A stretch of DNA of 45,604 bases, counting the filler, from Sphacelaria rigidula (lineage: Eukaryota): the NCBI GenBank assembly GCA_964200075.2. It is 2 parts of 2 records of this genome, joined end to end, with 100 filler letters (N's around TTAATTAATTAA, not from the genome) between each part and the next. Parts side by side here need not be neighbours in the genome. Positions count along the whole stretch, not along the records: positions 1 to 22,752 come from CAXNAA020000313.1; positions 22,853 to 45,604 come from CAXNAA020000314.1. One strand, given 5' to 3'. Below the pieces are notes generated by a model that saw only the letters and a program-made list of their open reading frames with translations, was not told the DNA's origin and did not search any database. A program made the position numbers and the translations under genes. Shown piece by piece: positions 12,701 through 24,200 of this stretch. Position 1 is the first letter of the stretch; each line of letters starts with the position of its first letter.

Positions 12701-15700
12701 AGTTTCCAACTTCGAATAGAATGTATGGGAAACAATAAAACAGTGCAGGAGGATCGGAATATGAACACAAAAGGTTGACGGCACTTAATTGTTGTCTCCA
12801 CACAACTTTCATGGTGCAAAAATTCAAAGACTGCTTTCCCTCGAGACTTTTCGAGGAGTTCATTGACGGAAGGTAGTATTTTTTCACTGGCCTCTATCAA
12901 GGAACTCCCTGAAAATTACAAAAAAGCAAAGGGTGGGGAGGACGAAGAAGCTCAAAACTCACGAGTCTTCAAGGGGAGGAGAAGCGTAAAGTCGCGGTGC
13001 CGAAGACCCTCTGTGTATCCCACGCTGTGGCGGGTGCTGCTGCTCGGCCATGATCAACACTCCAGGATCTTGCCCCCTCGTCTAATAAAACGTGGAGTCC
13101 ATCCAAGAGACAACAAAATGAAACGAAACAAAACAGGGACAGGATGGAGAGGGTAAGGCTTCTGGACAATCATGAAATGGTCATCAGGAGGCGCGCTTTT
13201 CCATGATGTCAGCCGATCATGAAGAGGAGTGATTTTCTTTCTTGGTGTCAGTCCATCATCGTACTTCGAGAAATGACGGGGATTTGTGGGTAGATGCTCG
13301 ACACAGCGAGAAAAAAGAGCAAAAGGGTATGTCGATGACTACTCGAAAAGGAGCCACGCGCACCCCCACACGGAGCCATCTAAGAGCCACGCCAGGGACA
13401 CCATTCCCCTGCTGTACCATCTCCAGAATGTCGTCCTCATGTTTTGGCGCTGCCGTTGTCATGCCCAAAACCCGGGTTTTACTACACATGAGTGTACACT
13501 GGAAAACGAACTTCCAACGGTGCCACGTTACCCTTCTGCATCCTATACATGTATCCGGGGGAACAAATCTGAAAATCATCTCCGCGCATGGACGGACACG
13601 ACTCTCAAGCGAACGGCGACGGGAGGGGAGGGGTACTTGCCTGCAAGGTAGGGGGCTGTGCAGGGGACAAGGAGACGGGTGACGAGGTGGAGATGATAAC
13701 AGAGGAAATAGGGGCATGTGGAACGTACGGTGGGTAAATTACAGGATGTGTACGCCTGCCAGTTTCCGCCTCATATACCGTTGTCATGTCCAGACGATTT
13801 GGATAGGAAACGATGAACCACAACAAACTTCAAGGAAGGAATCACTCGGGTGGATATTTCGGATCACGTTCATTACATATTAGAGGATTGGAGGTATCTC
13901 CACCTCGAGATTCCCGGTATAATTCAATAATTTACTGTTGAATCTATCGCGAACCTCGAGAATGAGATACCTCTGTTGACGACCCTCCCAACAGCCGGAG
14001 CAGGGTCATCTGGTTACCCGATACATTCTTCGAGTGAAAGTGATGCCGATTCAAGAGATGACCCACGCCCCGGGCGTGATAGGGTTTGAAACCTTCGACC
14101 GCCGAGAGGGGGGGAAAGATCAATGAGCGGTCAAGCAGGGGTGTCAACGAAGTCCAATCAGATGAATCGGCATCATTCATACTTGGAAGAAGGCTCCGAC
14201 TCTCAGGTGTCCCACCTGCAGTTCCTCGAAGCACAAATGTTCACCATGGACAAACGTGCGCGGGGTATTTCACCTCTACAATACACATGTGTTTTTTCAA
14301 GCCCCAGGAAGCATGGACACGCCACGAGCTGGAAAACGCTATCAAGACCATAGACCGTGCTCTTGTGCGCCGCCAAAAATGAGCATGAGTGCTTGGAAAC
14401 GTCTACAAAAATTGGCAGATGGGAGCATAAGAGCGATACGGGCAAAACGCGACGCACTTTCCTACTCGCTAGTACCTTGTTCACAGTGTGACTGCGTTAC
14501 AGCCGGTCGGTCCCGTGCTACTACAATAAAACAGTGATGACAGTACTGCAGCCGGTCCGTACAGTACGACTGTAATCTGTACTGTGTGGGGTCACCTGCA
14601 CAAAACGAAATTTGACAACATGGGTACCTTAGCGTCGAATCTTAGTGCCGTTACCTGGTGCACAACATCACAGACCAAACACCTACACACAGCATGTCAG
14701 ATGACATTGCATCGGGTTCAGGAACTGCACGGGTTGGCACCTCCGCTATATCGGGGGGCAGGGGGGTGGAGGCGAAGGTAAGATGGAGCAAGTATGTCGA
14801 CGCGTATCCCGTGCTCTACGACTGAAGCTGTTTGAACAGAGGTAGTACATGACCATGTATCATGCCTGGTGCGATATGATATACCGTATGATGCGGAGCG
14901 AAAATCATGGCCAACCTCTTGAAATTTCATACACTAGGTCTCCCGGACAAAATTGCCATATGCTTGACCTGAGTGCTACATCGTGTTTTTGTGTGACTCG
15001 AGAACATGACATGGGTGCGCGAGGGCGCGTGTCATATACGAATGTGGGATGATTGCATGGCAGGGAAGGATGAGGAAGGGTGGGGGGGGGGGGGGGGGGT
15101 TTTTGGGAAAAAGAAGGAAGCCACCCAAAATTAAAAAAAAAATTTTGCCCTTGGGTTTTGGGGAGGGTACAACCAAAACGTTGGGNNNNNNNNNNGTGCA
15201 GGTGGTTGTGAGGGCTCGTGGGGTGGTCTGGGTTGAGGATTAAGTCATAGCAGTAGGAAAATGTGGGTTGATTCTTGGACAAATGACGTATGCACACCAA
15301 TATATGAACATGAATTGTCGCATCGAGTTTTAGGCAGTGTACATCAGATACGTTGGGGTCATAAAGTCGCCACCAGGTTGGTTTTCTTGTGGCATCACAA
15401 TACGGCAAACCCCTCATCTTGTGCGCGGCAGGCCCGAGTCTGATACTTCAATCCTTTCTTTCACCACATCTGTACTCACTGTTGTATTCAACAATTTATC
15501 TCAACTGCACATAGGTGCAATCTACTTCTATACAACCGTGTCGTGCACTTGATTTTGCATGAAAATCTGTTTGAACCTCCGCCTGACCCCGTTTACGCGC
15601 ACACACATCCATGTTTCTAGACCCATACAACCTCGACGGAGCACGGCCAGTACCTGAGTAACAAGCAGCTGTGGCGGACGGCCAGCACCGCCACCGCTAC

Positions 15701-17362
15701 CGCTGCTGACACCACCTCCTTGAGAATTGGAGAGTCTCAGCAAAGGCGACGCCAACGTCGCCTGCTGCTGCTCTCGTAGCTCACGCAACTCCCTCATATC
15801 CCTCTGCTCTCTTTGCTGGCGCAGTAGCTGCTGCTGCTGCTGTTGCTGCTGTTGCGACAACCGTCCTCCTCCTCCTTCATGTTGCTGTTGCGATACCACA
15901 AGCCCTGCATGGGCAGGCGATGCTCGTCGGCGCGGCGGCACAATCTGAATGCCTGATTGAACGCTGGTGCTGTTTTTGTTGGCGTTATTGCCAACAATCG
16001 TCGGTGTGCGCCCGCCTGACGATAGTGACCCGGGTATAGGATGGTGTTGTTGATTGCCGGTGCCGCTGACCGGTGAGGCAGGACCCGAGTGTTGTTGTTG
16101 CTGCGCCATTCGCATGGCCGTCATGTTTTTCAGATCTTGCACTGACATGCCCGGGCGCCCTGGGGTGTTATTGCCCCCCCTATCCCCCAAGTTGTTGTTG
16201 CCTGCCTGAGTATGGTGGTCGCTTGGGAGCATCGGGGACGACAGTTGATGCTGTCTGGAGACTGTGTTGCTGTCGATGACAATTGAAGGGTGGTTGTGGA
16301 TGTGTTGCGATATGCCTCCTTGCCCACCACCATGGCTCAAACTCCGGCTCAGGCTGTTGTTGGTGTTTCCGCCAGCGCTGCCTCGCATTAGAGGAGTTTG
16401 GTGTGGTTGATGATTGTGTTGGTGATGATGTTTGTTGTTGGTGTTGGCATTGTACTCTTGTTGGTGTTGGCTGTGTCCAACTTCTCCAAGAGAAAAAGAT
16501 GGCGAAGAAAATCCGTTCGCGCTGCCGGTGCTGCTGTTGCTGTTGCTGCTGCCGAGCTGGTGCGATTTCGCGTCCCATTCTGTCATCGTGATGGCCGCCG
16601 CGCCCAGCCCACCTCCGCCACCATGGCGTGCAAAAGCTTCCCTCGAAGAATACTGCCCAGCGAGCCTTTGATTCGCGGTAGTGGTGAACAACGGCATCGT
16701 TATGGCGAGCCGTGTGTAGGGTCGACAACAGAAACACGACACGGTCAGGGGTGCGGTGTTTTTTCGTCAGTTTTTTCTCGGGGACTTGTTTTGCTTCGTG
16801 TTTTTATATCTTGATCGAAGTACAACAGCATGGAATATAAATTTTTGAGGGCGAGGGGGGGAAATTTTACGCCAAGACTACGGAAACAGGTTTGTTGCAG
16901 TGAGAGGGCCCGAAAAATGAAGGTGAGTGAGGGTGCCCCTTCGTCCCGTCTTATTATCATTCCAAGCCATTGTTTCATTTTTCTGGGTCCATCAGATGTG
17001 ATTTTGTAGCTGCAGAGAAAAACATCGGTGAGTAGTTAGCAGGGATACGAACGCCACAGCTCCAAGACGGGGATATCTCCGACCGCGAGAAGCCTGTCCC
17101 CTACGCTGTGTAAAGACTTTTCTTCTTGTCACCGCGGTGCGGTACACCACAGTCAGTTACTATACTCAGAATAATACACAAAATCATAATTATTCCCACG
17201 AGGAGAGCGAAACACACAAAACGTTTCCGTCGGCATCATCCTTTGCAATTGCATAAGGTAAAGTTTTGAAAAAAGCGGAAACGGGAGGGATAAACATCAT
17301 TTACCCGTCTCCGAATCCATCATACCCCACGTATAATTTACTGACGGCACTCACCCTTCCAT
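957..17362 (-). CDS. Multi-exon gene (>=10 coding exons) for a ~1,200-aa low-complexity, probably disordered, uncharacterised protein
   Basis: Nine exons have canonical AG/GT boundaries. Intron phases chain without a stop (2, 0/[gap]/2, 2, 2, 1, 0, 2, 0) from ATG at 17362 to TGA at 957. One junction (15654->8941) is out of phase and needs an extra 3n+2 exon. Confidence 0.85.
2132..2249 (-). CDS. Internal exon (SFPIGAEGNGG...GEDLP)
   Basis: Tandem acceptor CAG|TAG|, donor CCG|GTGAGA. 118 nt, phase 2->0, exactly bridging its neighbours. Confidence 0.8.
2410..2875. repeat. Interspersed repeat copy (intronic), homologous to 22015-22441
   Basis: Colinear shared blocks such as cgaagcgtact, ttccagagacagccacgg, acgtagtacgat and aacctggtt(a/g)cctagctt. 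Confidence 0.75.
3192..3409 (-). CDS. Internal exon (ASSRGGSPAGSPEP...GSLER)
   Basis: Acceptor CTCCAG|G, donor AG|GTGTGT. 218 nt, phase 0->2. GC-rich. Confidence 0.85.
4213..4331 (-). CDS. Internal exon (SERRTAEKTP...LAVECQ)
   Basis: Acceptor GTAG|GT, donor CAG|GTACTA. 119 nt, phase 1->0, exactly bridging its neighbours. Confidence 0.8.
5698..6968 (-). CDS. Large internal exon (ATQSEQAVTSPR...KTWSPQNG); G/S-rich with HQ repeat
   Basis: The first AG after a long pyrimidine tract (GAAG|A) gives an open frame running into ORF 5507-6748. Donor G|GTGAGG. Phase 2->1. Confidence 0.88.
7710..7868 (-). CDS. Internal exon (RSTSGHLMQAAG...LEDRM)
   Basis: Acceptor CTTTTTCAG|G, donor AG|GTACAG. 159 nt, phase 2->2, open frame. 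Confidence 0.8.
8669..8941 (-). CDS. Internal exon (ASTPNGRLLAHGLSVEELKEMTKLRLQHQQ...)
   Basis: CTGAC branch-like site and pyrimidine tract precede GTCAG|G. Donor AG|GTAAGG. 273 nt, phase 2->2. Confidence 0.85.
9591..9668 (+). mobile_element. tRNA-derived SINE head or tRNA pseudogene (Pol III A/B boxes)
   Basis: TGGTCCAAGTGG (A box, 9598) and GAGTTCAAATCC (B box, 9638) at tRNA-like spacing, followed by a T run. No proper acceptor or anticodon stem. Confidence 0.55.
15654..16665 (-). CDS. Exon 2 (LAGQYSSREAF...RPPQLLVTQ); Q/H/N/G-rich, contains motif GMSVQDLKNMTAMRM
   Basis: Lies within ORF 15528-16742. Acceptor TCAAAG|G (phase 2), donor CAG|GTACTG (phase 0). Typical coding low-complexity composition. 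Confidence 0.85.
17355..17362 (-). CDS. Coding part of first exon (ATG GAA GG; M-E-G)
   Basis: Minus strand reads GGCCG-ATG-GAA-GG|GTGAGT, a perfect donor. Phase 2 matches the acceptor at 16665. Confidence 0.65.
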
Positions 17363-17660
17363 CGGCCGGGTGCGCTGCTTTACGCCAGGCTTGATTTCGT
17401 TTTCTCTGTCTCCGTAACGAAGGTCTGCTGCGGTACTCTCGTTTCCTTGTTCCAGTTTCGGCTAGTGCCAACGTGGCATTTTTAGGGTTTCGTGTTTTTT
17501 ATTTTTTATTTGACAATAGATATTGTTCGGTGTCCCGCAAGTCCGAGATGCACTTCGCCATAAAAGTGAAGATCAACCAATTTATATATTCAGCTTGGGC
17601 TAAAAGTCCATTTGAAATATATGATATTCTTCATCTCTTTTATTTGCGTGTTTAAATTCT
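17363..17660 (-). promoter_or_regulatory. Putative 5' UTR and AT-rich proximal promoter of the minus-strand gene
   Basis: Lies directly upstream of the inferred ATG. Composition shifts to AT-rich at about 17480-17660. No TSS data. Confidence 0.3.
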
Positions 17661-20600
17661 TGTTGTCAAGTAAAGGCAAAAACAGTGCAGGAGAATCAGA
17701 GAGACGATACACTTTCCTCTGTGCATGACACAAACACTTATGGAGGAACGTCAAAAATGTACAAGTGTCATCATCCAATAGAGTGTATCTAGAACCAGCC
17801 ATAATTATGCGACAACCCGTTGTGCAACCAAGCAAGAGGAAGCAAGGCATAAGATGGAGAGCACTCCGCCGGCGCAAGGGGCGGCTCCATCGAGGAATGA
17901 TATACCAATTCCTCAAGCTGGTGAGTACTGTAGTACTAGATTCCCCACTTGAAAAAGATCGCATTTGTTTCATCGTCGGATCCATTCGCCGACGTACTCG
18001 ACGTTTTGGATATGGGGCCGAGGGATACAGTATATACAAGTATTATGTCACCACACCACACCTTGTGATGGATCGCGGAGAGACACAGCGGTACAACGTA
18101 CGACCCCACACAGTAGTACAGAAGAGAGACAGGGTACAAGTAGGAAAACGTGCAGTGGGAACAGCGCTGACTATGTGCAAGTGGTAGTGGATCTATGGGA
18201 TCTTGAGGGCAGGGGCTGCCCTCCAAACCACCTGATATATCTTGGATCAGCTTGCGACGATGTCGGCTAGCAAGAAGCTGGCGCTTCTCAATGCTCCACA
18301 GAAGCGGCAACACCAATAAGTTATCCTATAGAGGATACGTACCACCCTACAAGCTACAGGCATGCAGATGGCGTCGCTGCATTAGCTTGCCAGGCTGTTG
18401 GGCAGATGACTGCCGCCAGACAAGTGCGTGTCACTTTACCCTTTGGTCTGTACATCGTCATGTACAGCATATCCTACTGGTCAAGATATCGACTGCTGCA
18501 GGGGGGTGTTGCAGTTATCTACAGTTGTGACTGCTCGTTCATACAACACCGCCAAACAACCTCATTTTCCCATTATTATCGAGATACACAGTACGCACAG
18601 TAGACATCATTCAGATACTGTCTGAAGCTATAGGTAGTATGTGGTCGTCAAGATTCTCCGCGTAACCTCCAAGTAATGCCTGCTGCATTTTTTGTGCTGT
18701 GTTCTCGGCCTCCGGTATTCGGATCATCTCCGTGGCTCTGCGTGGCGCGCAACATGCGTCATGCAAAATTGCGGCGTAACATCAACCAGAGCTCTGGACC
18801 GCTCTGGAGAATTCCCTCGCGTGCTACCATGTTATCCTCGCTCGAGAACTGCCGGGCATGATTCGCGAACACGACCCAGAAAGGGTGGAAAAGTTGAGGT
18901 CGGCTCTGCGAGATACTCACCAAGTGAGTTGATAAACCTCGACGCCGGTAGTGACTTCCTGCTGTAGTGACGATGTCTATGTCTAGGACGAGAGAGGATC
19001 GGAGCAGGCGCGTCTTCCTGTTTTTACTGCCAACAACGTTTTCATGAGATTGAGAAAAGAGGATACGATTGAGAGTGAAAAGCGGTCAATTGATGAATGA
19101 ATCGTTTCAGTTCCGAAATGTCCCTTAGCGAGGCCCGATATGCGTCCTGTAGTAGCTTGCCACCAAGGCCCTTGATATCCCTGAGTAAGATATCGACGTG
19201 TAGCTGTAAGCACACGCCAGTGATGGAGGTAAATAAAAGCACACGCCGACTTGGAAATTGGCCAAGTTCAAGCTATTAATCAAAGCCACTCTCAATAAGC
19301 GCTCTACTCTCGATCTCACGAAAATATTGTTTGCAGCTGCGTATGACAGCTCAGGATTTCGGAGTATCAAGGCGACGATAGTTGCGACACCTCGGGGGAC
19401 CATGTTTTCATCGGAGAACCCAGTGGTTGACAATCAGTCCATGATCACTGCCATCTTAAATCGGGCAGCAAGTGGAGTGTGATGCCGTCGTCATGGTAGT
19501 ACACGACGAACATCAACGGCGGTGGCACTCACTCTCCGAGCGTTACCGATGACCATTACCTTATATCAGGCACCATTTTTCGGCCCGTTGGTTTCTCTCG
19601 CTTGACATATCTGAGCACGGTTCCTCGCAAATTAAACGGGGCAGTGGATGTGTGATATTCGGTGAGAATAGGGTCATTGACGGTGAATGTATCGATTTCA
19701 ACTCAAACAAATCCAAGACCGGTTGTTGTACCAACTTCCCCCCTTCTCCCCACACCCCCCCCCCAGCCTCCTGCCCCACAACCCCCAACCCCNNNNNNNN
19801 NNGTCGTTGCCGGTTAATTTATCCATTTTACCTCACACCAATCCACGCCCCTTTTTTTCTCCCATTTCCCCCCTTCCCCCCCCCCCCCCCCCCCGGCCCG
19901 TCCAAACAAAATGAAACCAAACGTGACCAGCACTCTAGGAATATGATGAAGAACGCCCAAAAAAGAGGTCACCCACTGCGTGATAACACGAACGCTCCGC
20001 GGAATTTCCTCAGTCTTCACAGCAATGTGATCATGAGATCTTTGGGCACATTTTACGGGCTGATGCAGCAGAATTTGTTGCCAAGCACCAACCTCGCTAC
20101 GGAATTGAAGCGGCTGGAAACGATGACTCTTTCGCAGATTCGTTCAACCCAGGTGAGCCTGTAGCAGCGAGTTTTATTTGTCGGAAGGTCGAATAGGTAT
20201 GGCAATACACTGGGTTTGTCATGTGCCAGGAAAATGCATTGCCCTTTTTGTGCTCAGCCGCCACAATGTCGCGGAAACGGTTGTGGGTACTAGAGGTGCA
20301 TTTTAATAAAAATATCGAACGATGTCATTCAAAGGCGACGCGTGATAGGGTCAGGAGTCCCGCTTAACTTATGAGTGTTGCTTGTCTACTCGATTGTGTA
20401 AGGTGTGTACATGGCTTGCCCAGTGTTGTTGGCTATTTTTTCCGAATTCAAGTATCCATATATCACCACGTGCCCACTACAACAAGGATAAGCATAAGGT
20501 AGAGGTCAGGGAGTAAGCTTTATACGGCGATCATCAGGCATATGTCACTGTACTTTCGAGAAGGTACACATCACTTTAAACCGGCGCAGCTCGATTTATA

Positions 20601-21423
20601 CCAGTTGCTTGGCATGCGCAAGTAGCAGTCGTATTTGTCCAGGCAAAAAGGGTTCATTCTGAACGCTGCGTTCGATTGTTACTGGGCAATAATATATATT
20701 GGGGGTTAATTCCCGTCGAGGACTCGACCGCGTTGCTTACACCGGGAGAAGGAGGGTACAGCACCATGCCGATGTCAACCCCAGACAGCCATACCTCTTC
20801 TCGCTCAGTGGCATGCTGTGCATTGAAGATAGTTTAGGCCGTGTTATGTGATTCTCCGTCTAGAAATCGACAGGGTAAAAGAGACGAGTCACTAGATCAG
20901 TTCACAGAACCAGGGAGGGGACACACCTTCACACGATATCCCAAGATTCTGTTTTTTGCATGCTAGGCCTCCATGAACACGTAGCTACCGTGGAAGACGG
21001 CTTGAGTCCGGATATCGGCGCGCAGCCGAATCTCACATCCTTACGCAAACGCTATCTAGTGCGCTGTTGTACTCGAGTAAATCACAAGTCGTCATACCTA
21101 GTACAGTGTCCTCTCTGATTGGGAAACACCTCGACGTCCCGTTGGAGTAATGAGTACTTGACATATAAATCCAGAAATGAGACAGCTGTTGACCCCCCCC
21201 CCCCTGACCGACGACTAGTGCCCGCTCAACGCCGCCCCGCCGGCCACGCCGCACGCGGCTACACNNNNNNNNNNCCCGTTGGGGAAATGATTATTTTAAA
21301 ATTAAATCCAAAAATGAGCCAGCTTTTGACCCCCCCCCCCCCCGCCCCCCCCCACCTGTCCCCCCCCCCTCCGCGGGTAACCATGGGCATCCCCATCCTC
21401 TACGATGTCGTTTAAGGGCTCAG

Positions 21424-21900
21424 GTGAGCGCGAACATCGAAAAAACACAAAAAGATACCTCTGGAGTCGAAGCAAACCGGCAATCCGCTGCGACGGACCA
21501 GCAGGCAATACCAACGATTGAGGTAACAACACCAGGTCACTGCGCCCAGACGGTCCCAGCGGCGGAAGCCCCGCCCGCACTAGCACTAGCACCAGCAGCA
21601 CCGGCATCAACGACGCAGCTCGATCGAGCGAACGATAGTCAAGCGGTCGGCGACCGCTTGAACCAGAATCTGAGAACAGCAACGGGAACGACCGAGAGTC
21701 AAATGATAGCCGACAGGATCGAACGAATGATCCAACACAACAGAAACCAGCAGCAACAGCAACATCAACAGCAGAGGCGGCGGCGGCGGCAACCAGCTGC
21801 TCCTGCGGATACCGCGGCGGCAACGTCGGGCGTTCGAGTCAAGAACCTGACGGGACAACCGGGAAACACAGCCGCGACTACCGTCACCACCGCACCGCAG
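21424..21900 (+). CDS. Possible orphan coding exon (A/T/Q/R-rich)
   Basis: 170-aa ORF with exon-like GC content, poly-Q/poly-R and a donor-like CAG|GTATTG at 21900. No partner exons or clean acceptor found. Confidence 0.35.
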
Positions 21901-22014
21901 GTATTGCAGGCTACAAGGTTTCAAATAAGAACGTAGTTGTTCATCTACAACCTCGTACATTTACGCGTGCGCCGACAGAGGGAAGGGAGGGGGGGGGGGG
22001 GGAGGATAGTCATG

Positions 22015-22441
22015 ATTTTGCATGCCATCGTCATGCGACCATTAACCTAGCATCCCTCCAAAACCAGGACGGAGCACGCCGAGTTTTCGCCGGACCGGGC
22101 TCACAATCGCCAAGCACGAAGCGTCTTGACGTGCTCCGCGAGTCGCATGAAGGATGAATTGCATCCTGCTCAGGTTTTTTTACCCGAAGCGTACTAAGCA
22201 TCTTGCACATGGATAGCAGCCTCGAATGAGTTGCTCAATTTTTTGGTATCGCCAATTCCAGAGACAGCCACGGGTTCCACATTGCCCCATAGGTGTCTCA
22301 CCATTTCAGCACTACGTAGTACGATTATCCCCTTTGCGCATAGTTCAGGTTCTTCCCCTCGCACAGTGTGATCTAGCTCGACCACCATCTATGCTTGCCG
22401 CAAAAAAACATGAGCAAAAAACCGGTAACCTGGTTGCCTAG
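22015..22441. repeat. Interspersed repeat copy, homologous to 2410-2875 (same orientation)
   Basis: Same colinear blocks as the intronic copy. Confidence 0.75.
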
Positions 22442-22752
22442 CTTATGCAGTGGGTGCCATGTTTTACAGCCGGCAGAGGGGGGAGGGCAGTGTGGCTAGA
22501 GGAGGTTTGCAAAGCTTTCAGCGCGTCCGGGGGGGGGGGCTACTCACGAATGTTCGCGCGTACCCTGAAAAGGGCGAGTATTTCTCAGAGCCCGTCACTC
22601 GCGATGCGTTCCTACAGTGCGGCTGGTGATGGGTCGAAGGTGTGTCGGATTCTGGACGAAGGTTGCGCTGGGTGTCCTCGACACTTTTTCGCACACGACC
22701 AGGGGTTATGTTTTTTATTTTTTTGTCCCCAGAGGACAGGAAGGAACCTTTT

Positions 22753-22852
22753 NNNNNNNNNNNNNNNNNNNNNNNNNNNNNNNNNNNNNNNNNNNNTTAA
22801 TTAATTAANNNNNNNNNNNNNNNNNNNNNNNNNNNNNNNNNNNNNNNNNNNN
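22753..22852. other. Artificial contig/scaffold linker N44-TTAATTAATTAA-N44
   Basis: Exactly 100 nt, symmetric, with a six-frame stop 12-mer in the centre. Confidence 0.95.
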
Positions 22853-22917
22853 ATCGGACATCGTTAAGGGCTCGTACAAACATAACGATACAGACTTATG
22901 GGACAGAGGAAGTATGA

Positions 22918-23990
22918 TATCAGCAGAGTGGAAATTTGAAACTAGATGCCTACAGTAGACACACTTCATGCTGAAGCTAAGTCGATTTCTGAGCTACTTG
23001 TTTTTCGACACGTCATCAGACTCGAACTGAGTTGTTTGTACAGCTGACGAGATTTTTTGCGAAGCCGCTTGAGCCGTTGAAATGAAACGCCAATAGCTCC
23101 AGGATTATGCGCGTTGCCTTAACGACGTAGGGCGCTAGAGTCTACGAGACCAGTAGTCTCTCACAACATCATGAAGCTGGTCCGCGTGCGGGGCGGGGGT
23201 AAACACCAAAACCGTGACACACTTCGCCCTTCCTCATCCCATGTCAACCCAGTTTTTCTCGAAAGTGTCGACAATACTTTGCCCTCTACCTATGGGATAC
23301 ATGGCATGCGTTCTGACAATTGAATGTTCTCCCTCTCTGCCGTTGTTGCTCCTGACAATCCTGACAAAATAGGGTCAATTGTGCAGCGTCCAGACCCAAA
23401 ACCCGCGATATTCGTCATAGCCTACGGAGGTACAGATGTGCTCGAACGTGCATAACGCAAAATAAGTGTGCCGGGCGGAACACTGACCTTGGATGAAAGC
23501 GTAGATCGCGCCTCGTGCCGTCTCGTCGCAGGCGGGGTGACCCGGTTCTCCACGGGCAGCGACCTTCGCCGCCCGTGCCGCCGCCAACTGACGACCTTGC
23601 CGAGCAACGCCCGTGGAGTGTCCTTCCCTGCTGCTAACTACTGTTCCCACTAGGTCAAGCTGCGCGCGAAGCCTCCCAGACCCTCGCGTGGCTTCCATCG
23701 GCGCAGCCTCGGCGAGAGCTCCTGTGACAGTGCCGAACGTGTCAGACGTGGACACTTAGAGAGGTTTTTGGTACGCTTGGATGCTTTTTTACATAGCGAA
23801 AGAGGGAGAGGAGATAGGGAACCCAAGTAGAAAGCAGCTCTTTGCACCCCGTGTCGTAAATCGGCACCCCTGACAATCTGCGCTTTATTGAGCAAGATCG
23901 GAACAAATGCTCAGTGCTACGCCACGCCTTCCCGTGCCAGACAATGTCTTGGCATGGCTTCCGCGATACACAGGCCACGCACCAAGGACC
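22918..23990. repeat. Long diverged direct repeat, copy 1 (pairs with 29229-29995)
   Basis: Colinear identical blocks: tagatgcctacagtagacacactt, cttgtttttcgacacgtcatcagac, caacatcatgaagctggtccgcg, cctcatcccatgtcaa, ctgcgcgc. Confidence 0.85.
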
Positions 23991-24200
23991 GTCCGTGCTC
24001 TGGTGGCCGCAGCCAAGAGTCCCCGGGGTGACGTAGTAGCAAGACCTGATTCACCGCGGGACGTTGGCTCCTTGAGCTACGAAGTTTCTGCAAGCGTTGC
24101 TTCATGGACTCTCAGGGGCGCCGATTCACGAGGCGGGGTGCAGGGGGCAGAGGCTGGTAGCCTCTGGGCATTTGTTCCGATCTTTCTCAACAAAGCGCAG
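23878..24200. repeat. Short inverted repeat (~43-bp arms, ~235-bp spacer)
   Basis: ctgcgctttattgagcaagatcggaacaaatgctcagtgctac is nearly the reverse complement of gtagcctctgggcatttgttccgatctttctcaacaaagcgcag. Confidence 0.7.

Noticed and set aside
12688-12900. LPSVNELLEKSRGKAVF, resembling the Ty3/Gypsy RT motif LPxIDELL
   Set aside because: No downstream RT motifs (LDL, PFGL, YxDD) found in any frame, so the similarity is too short to call.
15070-15300. Apparent duplication around the N10 gap (15186-15195)
   Set aside because: Same poly-G-associated low-quality overlap pattern.
17700-19480. Overlapping 100-150-aa ORFs upstream of the main gene
   Set aside because: No motifs or exon chain recognised, so left unannotated.
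19730-19900. C-rich segments and ORF 19652-20164 across the N10 gap (19793-19802)
   Set aside because: The ORF spans Ns and homopolymer-degraded sequence, so it is not reliable.
21138-21375. Apparent duplication around the N10 gap (21265-21274)
   Set aside because: cccgttggagtaatgagtacttgac versus cccgttggggaaatgattattttaa is the same locus read twice, once at poor quality.
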